Translations under genes and position numbers: made by a program
DNA from: an uncultured Myxococcaceae bacterium
Lineage (GTDB): Bacteria > Myxococcota_A > Polyangia > Polyangiales > Ga0077539
Direction of reading: 5' to 3'
Assembly: GCA_964447205.1 (NCBI GenBank)
Contig: CAYUSB010000042.1
Span: forward strand, 1,503-65,502
Length of the DNA stretch: 64,000 bases
The notes under the pieces: model-generated
Told to the model about the DNA's origin: nothing
The model's database searches: none
Seen by the model: only the letters and a program-made list of their open reading frames with translations
Shown here: positions 17,709 through 26,107 of the stretch, piece by piece
Position numbering within the stretch: position 1 is the first letter of the stretch
How the letters are laid out: every line of letters begins with the position of its first letter

Positions 17709-18099
17709 CCGAGAACTCACGATCGAGGACCATCTGCGCCTCGCCGAAGAGCTCTTCGCGCTCGCTGCGTGGGGCGCTGCCGCGCGACCCGACGACGGGC
17801 TCGCCGTGGGATGGGCGGTGACGCAGGTATTCTACGCGGCGGTGCACGGTCTGTCGGCCTGCGTCCTCGCGCGCCACGGCGTCCGCGCCCCGGCGCATCA
17901 GGACCGCGGCCGTTGGTTCGCAGAGTACCCCGAGTTCCGCAAGAGCGAGGCCTGGGACTATCGCGGGTTGAAACGGGCGAGTGAGGAGTCGCGCTACCAG
18001 GGCGTCCCCTACACCGCCGCGCAGTACGCCGCGCACCGCACGACCGCGGAGCGCCTGTTGGCGCACTGGGCGGCGATGGCGCGAAGGGGCCGAGGATGA
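17698..18099 (+). CDS. Small hypothetical protein (133 aa), translationally coupled to the preceding gene
   Basis: MSSDRELTIEDHLRLAEELFALAAWGAAARPDDGLAVGWAVTQVFYAAVHGLSACVLARHG... is helical with natural composition. I could not establish a convincing HEPN or other motif. Confidence 0.4.
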   Translation: MSSDRELTIEDHLRLAEELFALAAWGAAARPDDGLAVGWAVTQVFYAAVHGLSACVLARHGVRAPAHQDRGRWFAEYPEFRKSEAWDYRGLKRASEESRYQGVPYTAAQYAAHRTTAERLLAHWAAMARRGRG

Positions 18100-18297
18100 G
18101 GGGTCGGGACGCAGCATGGCAGGCTGGTCGTGCCCACCGAACAGAACGCCTGGGTGCGGCAGGTGCTCGGCCCAGAGCGCGTCGCCCTCTGTCCGAGCCT
18201 TCGGCGCCGATCCTGACGTGCCAGCAGGGCTCCGCGGCCCCGCCCGGGGACGCGTTGGACAACCGGAGACCGCGGGAGTACTGGTCATCCCACTGCC

Positions 18298-19323
18298 ATG
18301 CACGCTGCGGTTCGGTCCAGTGCGCTCGTCTGGGGGGCCGTCGGGGTCGCGTTGATCGCCCTGGTCGGGACGCTGCGCTTCGAGGCCAACGCGGAGGGGG
18401 CGACCTCACCAATGATCGCGGATCGCGCGAGGCTCTCCGAGGCGCCCGCTGGAGCGCAGATCAACTTCCGCTCGTGGCGTGAGGTGATCGGGGAGCCGCC
18501 CCCATCCTCGTGCGAGAGTCGGCAGTTCGGCGGCTCGGCAGCCTATTCCGGCGGCTCCAGGACGTGCCAACGGGCGCTCGGCGTGCTCCATCTCGTCGAC
18601 GACGACGTGAGCTCCGGCGGATCCCGGGGCGGCAGCAGCTCTCGCACGATCACGCTGGAAAGCGCGACGCCGTTGTTGGGCCGGTGTGAGGTGTCCGCTA
18701 GCGGCCACGATTACAGCACCCCTGCCCCCTACCCGAGTTCGTGGAGCCGCAGCGGGGACCTGCTCTACGCGCACGACCCGCACCGCGACCTGCACGGCTA
18801 CCGCTGCGTGGCATCGACCGAGCGGGGGCCGGTCACTCAATGGACGCTGTGGATCTACGCGCCAGACGCCGAAACGTTGCGCGGGTTGAGAGACGTGTGG
18901 AAGACATCGCGTCCGCTCGTGCCCTACGCGCGCCTCGCGGCCGCGCTCCTGCTCGTCTGCGCGACGGTCGTCGTGGCCCGCCAAGCGCGGCGCGACCGAC
19001 TCGACGCGCTCCCCTGGCAGGAGGCGAAGCGCGGCGCGGATGGTGTGTTGCGGCTCGGGGAGGACGTTGTGCAGACCCCAACCGCGGACGCCGCCGTGAC
19101 GAAGGCCGACGCGGTGTGCGTGGTGGTCGCCGACGAGCAGGACAGCGGGATCTATCGGACCGCGGCGACCGTCACGGCCGTCCGGGTTCGGGTCGGATCA
19201 CACGACGTGCACCAACGGGCAGGTCGGTGGGCGCGTCGCAGGAGCGCGGTCGTCGCGGTGGCGCTCGCTGCGGCGTCGGTCGCATCGTCGGCGTGGCTGA
19301 TCGTGCTGTCGCTGCGCCGGTAG
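18298..19323 (+). CDS. Secreted/membrane-anchored protein, paralogue B (tandem duplicate of 16125..17126)
   Basis: MHAAVRSSALVWGAVGVALIALVGTL... The C-terminal ~200 aa are nearly identical to paralogue A. About 40 bp of the 5' flank and about 250 bp of the 3' flank are also duplicated. Confidence 0.5.
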   Translation: MHAAVRSSALVWGAVGVALIALVGTLRFEANAEGATSPMIADRARLSEAPAGAQINFRSWREVIGEPPPSSCESRQFGGSAAYSGGSRTCQRALGVLHLVDDDVSSGGSRGGSSSRTITLESATPLLGRCEVSASGHDYSTPAPYPSSWSRSGDLLYAHDPHRDLHGYRCVASTERGPVTQWTLWIYAPDAETLRGLRDVWKTSRPLVPYARLAAALLLVCATVVVARQARRDRLDALPWQEAKRGADGVLRLGEDVVQTPTADAAVTKADAVCVVVADEQDSGIYRTAATVTAVRVRVGSHDVHQRAGRWARRRSAVVAVALAAASVASSAWLIVLSLRR

Positions 19324-19623
19324 GCTGCGCCCCGGAGGGGCTGTCCTGCCGCATCATCCAGGCTGTCGGCGTTGGCACCGAGCGCGCAGACGACCGCTGC
19401 GAGTGCGCGCAGTGAGGGGAGTGGTCAACCGTCCCCACCGCCGGCTTCGCCTCGCGGTACTGACGGAGGCGGGCACCGACGGAGAGCGGCACGGTCCGCA
19501 GCGGGAGCACGAGGTTGGGGACGGCGTAGGCCCGCGCAACACCGCCCACCCAACGGCCTCCGACCCCAATAGGCGACGAACGGCGGGCTGCGAGCGGCGG
19601 GCTGGGGCGACGGGCTGCGGGCT

Positions 19624-19837
19624 GCGAAACCGCAAGGGCGCAAGGGCCGCAAGGGGCAGGCGGTTTTGTAGGTCGGACGGCAGCGTGACCCCCTCGACGC
19701 TTCGCGGGCGAAAGCGCCCTGGTCTGCAACCCCTGCTCCCCCGCGCCGACCTTCGCCTGCCCGATGCCTCCCCTCACGTCCGCGTTTCCCCCTACAAAAC
19801 CTTCTGGCCCTTGCGACCCTTGCGCCCTTGCGGTTTC
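19624..19837. repeat. Miniature inverted-repeat element, copy 2 (214 bp)
   Basis: The same terminal inverted repeats as copy 1 (GCGAAACCGCAAGGGCGCAAGGGCCGCAAGGGGCAG ... CTGGCCCTTGCGACCCTTGCGCCCTTGCGGTTTC). It lies between convergent genes. Confidence 0.6.
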
Positions 19838-20073
19838 TTTCTCTCCGCCCTCGGGCTGCGCCTCCCGGACTGGGGGCGTACTCCACCGACGCCCACCCCT
19901 GGCTTCGCCTCGCGGCACGGACGGTCTTCCCCTCCTGCCGCCCCTGCCGAACCGCCCGCAACAGGTCGCCCAGCGCGTGCAGGAGCTGGACCTTCCAAGC
20001 GGTGGAAGACCCGCGCGTCCTGTCCTGCAGTGAGGGGGAAGCCTCGGTGCGGATGCATCCCGCGCAGACAGCG

Positions 20074-22050
20074 TCAGGGGTCGTCGACGAGGGCGTCGAG
20101 ACGTGCGCAGAGGGCCTTGTGTACGTGCCCCGCGATGCGGCCGTAGTGGCCCCGGAGCGCGGGGGCGATGCGCCGGGCGAAGGCCACGAAATCCGGGTGC
20201 CACTCCCGATCGAGGAGATAGCCGACGATGTCGATGTCGTCGTCCTCGGGCGTCACCTCGTCGCCCAGGGCGAGGTTCAACAGCGTGAGGAAGTCCGCGC
20301 GGTCGCGGTCATCCCATGGGGTCTTGGGGAAGAGGTCGAGCACAAAGGCGAGTCGGCCGTCGGCGGCGGCGAGGGCCTGCGGGCGCAGCGTACGGATGGC
20401 CTCCCACTCGGCCGCGGTGAGCACCGGCGCGGAGGCAGGGACCGCGGCAGCAGCCTCGGCGGCGCGGGTGGCCTGAATCAGGGCCTCGCCCTGCGCGAAG
20501 AAGTACCAGGGTAGGTCGCCGCTGCGATGCTGGATGGCCGCGACGGCGGTCTTCAACTCCAACGGCCGCGTGATGCGCCCCGCGACGAGGTCGGCCCGCA
20601 CGAGCTCCAAAAACCGCCCCGACAATTCTCGGGAGGACAGCACCACGGCGCGTAGCCCCGGGTCGGCGTAGAGGCGCTGGAGAAACATCGGCATCGGGCC
20701 ATCGCGGCGGGGCACATAGAGCCCCTCGATGCGCTGCTCCAGAGCCCAGGCCATCGCCGTCGTCGAGCGCCGTCGCGTCAGGATCCGATCGACGAGCGCG
20801 CCCCGGGCGCGGGCCGGGAGCAGGGCCGCAGCGCCGCGGTGGTCGAAGAACGCGACCAGCGAGGTCTCGTCTCCGTCGTCGCCGTCTTCGGTCCAGGCTT
20901 CGAGCATCCTCGCGCGAAACGCCTTCGGGAGCCGTTCGGTCCCGATGCACTTGAGGGACTCCTGCACCGCCGTCGACGCCGAGCCTGCGCCCAACTCGGT
21001 CACGAGGTCGACCCAAGGTCGCACCGACCGCCCGGCGGGCCACAGCGCGTCGAGCCCCGCGCCGTGAAGCAACGACCACAGTTGGAGCGAGGGGCGGTCC
21101 GGGTCCTCCTGCCGATGCGCCCAGCGCACGAGGCCGAGCACGCAGCGCGCCCGATGGGCCGCAGCGGTGCCCCGCACGGCGCGAAAGTATCCCTCGAGCG
21201 CGCGCGTAAACGTGTGGTCGAGTCCCCACCCCTCGACGAGCGCGAGCACGGTGTCGAGCGTGCCGGGGCGCGCCCCGAGCGCGAGGAGTGTGCTTGGGGC
21301 CCGCGGGTGAAGGTCGCCGGTGGCGTTGAGGACGGCCCGGGCGTGGTCGAGCAGCAGCCGGGTGGGCAACGCCGCAAGGGCCTCGGCGTAGTCGGTGTCG
21401 GTGGGCGGAGGAGGCTGGGCGTTGCCGAGGCTGCGCGGGGCAAAGGCGTCGCAGACGACCTTCACCGGTCCCCGGAGGCGCTTGAGCCCCGCAGGGCGCT
21501 GCCCGGCGAAAGGGTCGGCGGCGAACGCGCTCTGCCAGAAGGCCACGGCGTGTGTCTTCAGCAGGCGCTCGAGGGCGGTCTGTTTGACCCTGTCGTCGCC
21601 GTCTCGGGCCAGGTGGGTGAGCGCCGCGATGCCGACGGGTCTGTGCGTGGGGGCGGCCGCGGCGACGGCGTAGCGGATGTCGCCCAAGGTGTGCTCGCGG
21701 AGCTGCGTGACGAGCGCGTCGCACGCGTCGGGGGCGCGCAACAACCAGTGCTGGAGCGCCGCGGAGAGGTACCGTGGGTCAGTCTGAAAGAGGCCGTCCG
21801 CCTCGCCCAGGCGTTCGAGCGCCTTGAGGGCGCGCAGGACCCGATCGGCGGCGTCGGGGGTGGGCGTGATGCCGAGGAGCGCGATCTCCATGCGGAGGAG
21901 CGCCATGGCGAGCCAGCAGTCGGCGCGACGCTCGCGGTGGAGGGTGGAGTGGGCCCGCGGTGCGGCCTCGTAGGCTTCGAGGTAGGCGTAGGCCCAATCG
22001 AAGGCCGACGCGAGGTCGCGGAGGGTCGGGGCGAAGGGGCGGGCGATCAT
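20074..22050 (-). CDS. Large hypothetical alpha-helical protein (~658 aa), last gene of the ArsA-pair operon
   Basis: Start MIARPFAPTLRDLASAFDW... at ATG 22050..22048. This ATG overlaps the TGA stop of the upstream gene (ATGA), which supports that start over the longer ORF 20074..23193, whose extension is Arg/Pro-rich. Leu/Ala/Trp-rich, with no recognised family. Confidence 0.55.
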   Translation of the reverse strand: MIARPFAPTLRDLASAFDWAYAYLEAYEAAPRAHSTLHRERRADCWLAMALLRMEIALLGITPTPDAADRVLRALKALERLGEADGLFQTDPRYLSAALQHWLLRAPDACDALVTQLREHTLGDIRYAVAAAAPTHRPVGIAALTHLARDGDDRVKQTALERLLKTHAVAFWQSAFAADPFAGQRPAGLKRLRGPVKVVCDAFAPRSLGNAQPPPPTDTDYAEALAALPTRLLLDHARAVLNATGDLHPRAPSTLLALGARPGTLDTVLALVEGWGLDHTFTRALEGYFRAVRGTAAAHRARCVLGLVRWAHRQEDPDRPSLQLWSLLHGAGLDALWPAGRSVRPWVDLVTELGAGSASTAVQESLKCIGTERLPKAFRARMLEAWTEDGDDGDETSLVAFFDHRGAAALLPARARGALVDRILTRRRSTTAMAWALEQRIEGLYVPRRDGPMPMFLQRLYADPGLRAVVLSSRELSGRFLELVRADLVAGRITRPLELKTAVAAIQHRSGDLPWYFFAQGEALIQATRAAEAAAAVPASAPVLTAAEWEAIRTLRPQALAAADGRLAFVLDLFPKTPWDDRDRADFLTLLNLALGDEVTPEDDDIDIVGYLLDREWHPDFVAFARRIAPALRGHYGRIAGHVHKALCARLDALVDDP

Positions 22051-24086
22051 GCGTCGTCCCAGTCGTCGTCGAGGGTGTGGGAGGGCGCAGCAGGAGACGC
22101 CCCCGCGGCGTGCGTCGGGCCCAGCTTCGCCCGGAGCGCCGCGAGGAGGTCGGCGTCGGCGTCGAAGTCCTCGGTCTGGGTGATGACACGCGCGACGAAG
22201 GGCGCGAGGGAGGGGCGCCAGGCCTTGAGCAGGGCGTGCGCGATCATCGGGGTGTCGAAGTCTTCGTGAAAGTCCGGGTCGTCGCAGCGCGCGAGCACGG
22301 CGGCGAAGAAGGTGTGGTCGTCGTCGGTCCAGTGTTCGGGTTGGGAGGGCAGCCAGCCGAGCGCCCAACTCGATCGGTGCAGCATCTCGGCGCCGAGGGC
22401 CCAGCCCTGGGCGCGCACCCGACGCACGGCCTCCCACTCGTCGGGCGTGAGCGGTCCGTCTTCGGTGAAGGGGATCCTCGCCATCTCGCGCGCGGCGAAC
22501 GCCGCGGCTTTGGGGTGCCGGATGTGCCAGTATTCTTCGCCGAAGGTGTCGCCTCCGTGGACCAGGGCCAGGGCCTGCACGAGGGCGCGGACGCAGGACG
22601 TGTCGCACAGGTCGCCGTCCACCAACGCGCGGCGCAGGGGACGGGTAAACCACTTGACGAGTTCGGTGCGGGACCAGGCCAGGGCGCGGAGCCTCGGGTC
22701 TTGGAGGAGCGCCAGGGCCAGCGCGTCGCGCGGGCCGTCGGCCTCGTCGTAGAGGGCGTCGAGCGTGGCGTTGAGGGCCCAGGCCCGGGTGTCGTCGGCG
22801 TCGCAATGCAGCGCGCGGACGCAGAGGGCGCGGGCCTCGTCGCGGGGCATCGCCAGCACGAAGTGGCCGAGGTGGCTGTTGTACCCGGCGAAGGCCAGCG
22901 GTTCGGGCTCGCCACGGAGCCAGGCCGCCACCAGGGCGTCGCGACGGGGTCGGGGAAGGTCGGCAGCCTTCATCGCGCCGCCAAGGTCGGCGGCGAAACG
23001 ACGGGTCTCGGGACGCGCCGCCAAGGCCAGGACCGCGTCGATCCAGCGGTCGGGGTTGTCCTTCCACGGCGCGCTCTTGGTGATGAGGTAGCTGCTCGGG
23101 CAGGCGAGGGGCTCCTCGGGGAGGGCTCCATGGACCTCGGCGAACGCGTGTACGAGCGCGAACAACGCGTCGGCCCGGCGCGGGTCGGGCCACGTAGCCA
23201 GCGCCTCGAGCTCCTGCACCAACGACGAGCGCCAGAGGTCGTGCTCACGCCAGGACACCCAACACGCCGCGAGGATCGTCGGGGCCAGGTCGTGTTCGAG
23301 GCAGTGTCGAAAGAGGGCCCTGGCCTCGGGGCGGGCCACCCCTGCACCCTTGAGCGCCGTGGTCGCGAGGTCGATGCGCGTCGCGGTCGACAGGGCGTCG
23401 AGGTCGGGTTGCAGGTCAGGCAGCCCTCGGGGCGCGCCGGGCGAGGGGGTGACGGTGGTGGTCAGCGCTGCCACGATGCGGAGCGCCGCGGCGCGCTCGG
23501 CCTCGTCGGGGAGGGTATTGGGATCGCGGCCGAAGAGCCCCTGCCAGGGCTGCGGCAGCGCGTCGGGCGGCAACCGTGCCTGGGCGGCCTGACGCACCCA
23601 CGGGATGGGGTCGTTGCACAGTCCGGCCAGGATGGCGCGACCCTCCGGCGTCTCCACGGGGATGGCCGCGACGACGTTGAAACGATGCCGAGGCAGCGGG
23701 TGGCTGACGTAGTGCTGCACAAGCGGGTGTTGCAACGACAGCCCCCGGCCGAGCAGCGTCGACAGCGTGCACGCCCCGAGCACGGCATCGTCCTCGCTCT
23801 CCCGGCCATAGCTGGCGGCCTCGGTGAAGGCGTCGACCACCGCGAGAAGGTCAGGTTGATCAAGCGCCTGACCGTGCTGCGCGAGGTAGGCCCCATGCGC
23901 GCGCAACGTCGCCATGGCCAACGGCAGCCGCGGCTCGAACACGCGCTGTGGGAGGCTGTGAACGACAAGGCGTCTCGCCGCAGGGGCGAACGCGAGAACG
24001 ACGTCCCATGGCGCGAGGGGCAGCGCGGTTGCACTCACGCCACGGAGCCAACCACAAAATCCCAGGCGCCCACAACAGCGAGGCAC
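22047..24086 (-). CDS. Large hypothetical alpha-helical protein (~679 aa), start uncertain (GTG 24086 or a later ATG near 23915)
   Basis: Natural composition throughout (…LAMATLRAHGAYLAQHGQALDQPDLLAVVDAFTEAASYG…HLGHFVLAMPRDEARALCVRALHCDADDTRAW…), ending DDDWDDA* with its stop overlapping the next start. It lies immediately downstream of the ArsA-like genes. Confidence 0.5.
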   Translation of the reverse strand: MPRCCGRLGFCGWLRGVSATALPLAPWDVVLAFAPAARRLVVHSLPQRVFEPRLPLAMATLRAHGAYLAQHGQALDQPDLLAVVDAFTEAASYGRESEDDAVLGACTLSTLLGRGLSLQHPLVQHYVSHPLPRHRFNVVAAIPVETPEGRAILAGLCNDPIPWVRQAAQARLPPDALPQPWQGLFGRDPNTLPDEAERAAALRIVAALTTTVTPSPGAPRGLPDLQPDLDALSTATRIDLATTALKGAGVARPEARALFRHCLEHDLAPTILAACWVSWREHDLWRSSLVQELEALATWPDPRRADALFALVHAFAEVHGALPEEPLACPSSYLITKSAPWKDNPDRWIDAVLALAARPETRRFAADLGGAMKAADLPRPRRDALVAAWLRGEPEPLAFAGYNSHLGHFVLAMPRDEARALCVRALHCDADDTRAWALNATLDALYDEADGPRDALALALLQDPRLRALAWSRTELVKWFTRPLRRALVDGDLCDTSCVRALVQALALVHGGDTFGEEYWHIRHPKAAAFAAREMARIPFTEDGPLTPDEWEAVRRVRAQGWALGAEMLHRSSWALGWLPSQPEHWTDDDHTFFAAVLARCDDPDFHEDFDTPMIAHALLKAWRPSLAPFVARVITQTEDFDADADLLAALRAKLGPTHAAGASPAAPSHTLDDDWDDA

Positions 24087-24119
24087 TCGGACGTCGCGGG
24101 GCCCCGCCCATCACTGCCA

Positions 24120-25217
24120 TCACCCGTCGGGCAGGAGAGCCGCCAGGTGCGGATCGAGCTCCGCCGACAGGGCCGCCACGATGGCCTCCGGGGCCGTCGC
24201 CTCCACAAACGGCAGCCGCACGATCGCCGCCCGCGACAAACTCCGCCCGAGCGCGACCGTCAGCGTGTCGGCCGCCCGGGCTCTCCCCACCCGCTCCTGC
24301 TCCAACACATCGAGGACCTCCTTGATGGACGGGGACACCCCCGGCCCCACCCGCAAGGCCCGCGCCCACGGAGCCGGGTGCGTATCCGCGCGATTCAAAA
24401 CTACCGCCCGCGGTCTCCGCCCGAGCTGCTCCAGGCGGGCCGCGAGGAAGAGCACGTCGTCGCGGGCCGCCTCGGTCGGAGCCGCCACCAGGGCGTAGGC
24501 CACCCGCTCGCCCAACAGAAGCTCCGAGGCCCGGCGCGTGAGCGAGACAAACCCCTCCCGCACCAGGGACAGGTCGCCAAACAGGGCCGCCGTGTCGCGC
24601 ACGAGGTTGGGGCCCGTGACCCGGGCCAGGAGCTGCTCGGCACGGTCGGTTCCCCAGGAGAGGAGGCCTGAGGAGGGGGCGGGCTCGCCGCTCGACCGCT
24701 GGGCCATCCCGGCGATCCACGAGACCGTACGGCCCCCGAGGAGGGCCGCGAGCCGGGCGGGGTAGGTCACGAAGTCGATGGCGTGCCGCGACGGGGCCGT
24801 GTCGATCACGATCACGTCGAAGTCGCCGTCGGTGGCGGCCCGGGCTACGAGGTTCATGGCCACGAGCTCGTGAACACCCGCGGCGGCGTCGGCGAGGCCG
24901 ATGTAGAGCTTGTTGGCCAGGACCCGGTCGCGGGCCGCAGGCTCGGCGGCGAAGAGGTGATCGAGGAAGGTTCGCATCGAGCGCCGGGGATCGGGCATCA
25001 GGGCCGAGAGCCTCCCCTTCCCAGCCGGCAACACCACGGGGGTCACCACGTCGGTGATCGGAACCCCCATGGCCCCCGCCAGCCTCCGGGCCGGGTCGAT
25101 CGTCACGATAAGGGTACGGTGCCCGCGCGCCGCAAGGGCCAGAGCCAGGGCCGCCGAGGTCGTGGTCTTGCCGACCCCTCCGCCCCCCGCGCACACGATC
25201 ACCCGCGGGTCGCTCAC
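24120..25217 (-). CDS. ArsA/Get3-family anion-transporting-type ATPase (P-loop CAGGGGVGKTT), second of a pair
   Basis: GTG start 25217 with a GTGA overlap onto the upstream stop; VSDPRVIVCAGGGGVGKTTTSAALALALAARGHRTLIVTIDPA...DVIVIDTAP. The long upstream extension in the track ORF (24120..25682) is Gly-rich low complexity and I rejected it. Confidence 0.75.
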   Translation of the reverse strand: MSDPRVIVCAGGGGVGKTTTSAALALALAARGHRTLIVTIDPARRLAGAMGVPITDVVTPVVLPAGKGRLSALMPDPRRSMRTFLDHLFAAEPAARDRVLANKLYIGLADAAAGVHELVAMNLVARAATDGDFDVIVIDTAPSRHAIDFVTYPARLAALLGGRTVSWIAGMAQRSSGEPAPSSGLLSWGTDRAEQLLARVTGPNLVRDTAALFGDLSLVREGFVSLTRRASELLLGERVAYALVAAPTEAARDDVLFLAARLEQLGRRPRAVVLNRADTHPAPWARALRVGPGVSPSIKEVLDVLEQERVGRARAADTLTVALGRSLSRAAIVRLPFVEATAPEAIVAALSAELDPHLAALLPDG

Positions 25218-26107
25218 GCCGCCCCCTCCGCCCGCAGCCACCGGGCCACATCCCGGGCCGTCGGGTCGACCGGGGCCAACGGAACCCGCCACACCGCATG
25301 CGGCCCCCGCGCAAACACCTCCATCGCCGCCGCAGCCCCCGCGCTCGCCGCCTCGCGGGCCTCCATGACCCCCACCAGGGCCCCCGCAGGCCCCGCCAGG
25401 GCTCCCCCCGCTGCCACCAGGGCCCTCGCCGCCTCCAAGCCCTCCCGGGCCAACGGAAGCGGAACCCGATTGACCACCACCCGGGCCACCTCCAGCCCCG
25501 GGTCGCGGGCGACGGTCTCGCAGAGTTCCAGGGTCTCTTCGAGCACGAGGCGTTCGGGCAGGGTCACCACCACGAGGGAGGCGCAGCCCGGGGCCACCAG
25601 CTCGCGGGCCACCCGGTCGCAGAGGTCGTACATGGGCCCCGACCCGAGAAACTCCCGGCCCTGCTTCGCCGTCCGCAGCCACGCCACCGCGTGCCCCGTA
25701 GCCGGCATGTCCACCACCACCCGAACCCCCGGGCGCTCGGCCACCACCTGCCGCACCGACTCCAGCATGGCGAGCTCCCGCACGGCCGGAGCCGCCCGGA
25801 TGAGGGGCCGCATCGCGAAGTTTCCCAGCACGATCTTCGCCAGCATGGCCGACCCGAACAAGGGCGTGGCCCCCCGCTGGATGGCCTCCTCGGGCGCGAT
25901 GACCAGATGTTCCACCCCGGGATGGGCCGCCCCGAGGGCCCTGCGCCCCGAGGCCCCGTCGCCAAACTCCACGAGCACCGAACGCCCCCGGGTCTCGGCC
26001 TCCAGGGTGGCCAGGGCCGCGGCCACGGTGGTCTTCCCGACGCCCCCTTTGCCCATCACGAGCACGGCGGGGGCGAGGCTCCGCGGGGGTACACGCGGGG
26101 TCGTCAC
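25214..26107 (-). CDS. ArsA/Get3-family ATPase, first of a pair (P-loop GKGGVGKTT)
   Basis: MTTPRVPPRSLAPAVLVMGKGGVGKTTVAAALA...VVVDMPATGH. GTG start 26107, overlapping the stop of the upstream gene (GTGA). The arrangement as two separate ArsA-like half-ATPases resembles the Rv3679/Rv3680 pair of M. tuberculosis, recalled from memory. Confidence 0.75.
   Translation of the reverse strand: MTTPRVPPRSLAPAVLVMGKGGVGKTTVAAALATLEAETRGRSVLVEFGDGASGRRALGAAHPGVEHLVIAPEEAIQRGATPLFGSAMLAKIVLGNFAMRPLIRAAPAVRELAMLESVRQVVAERPGVRVVVDMPATGHAVAWLRTAKQGREFLGSGPMYDLCDRVARELVAPGCASLVVVTLPERLVLEETLELCETVARDPGLEVARVVVNRVPLPLAREGLEAARALVAAGGALAGPAGALVGVMEAREAASAGAAAAMEVFARGPHAVWRVPLAPVDPTARDVARWLRAEGAA

Noticed and set aside
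17466-18099. Toxin-antitoxin (MNT/HEPN-type) call for the overlapping small gene pair
   Set aside because: I could not identify the nucleotidyltransferase GS…D/E motifs or a clean HEPN Rx4-6H motif by eye. I kept them as hypothetical coupled small proteins.
23860-24122. Alternative start for the gene downstream of the second ArsA-like ATPase: an ATG at 24120 overlapping the ArsA stop (TGATG), opening an 87-codon frame 23860..24120
   Set aside because: That frame is Arg/Pro/Ala-rich and terminates after 87 codons. The long natural-composition protein is in the GTG-24086 frame. The TGATG overlap is noted as possible evidence of an annotation or sequencing frameshift here, but it is not supported further.
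20839-24671. Plus-strand ORFs 20839..22269 and 21960..24671 antisense to the ArsA-pair operon
   Set aside because: Composition dominated by G/R/E/P runs. They overlap genes whose stop/start coupling and ArsA motifs fix the coding strand.
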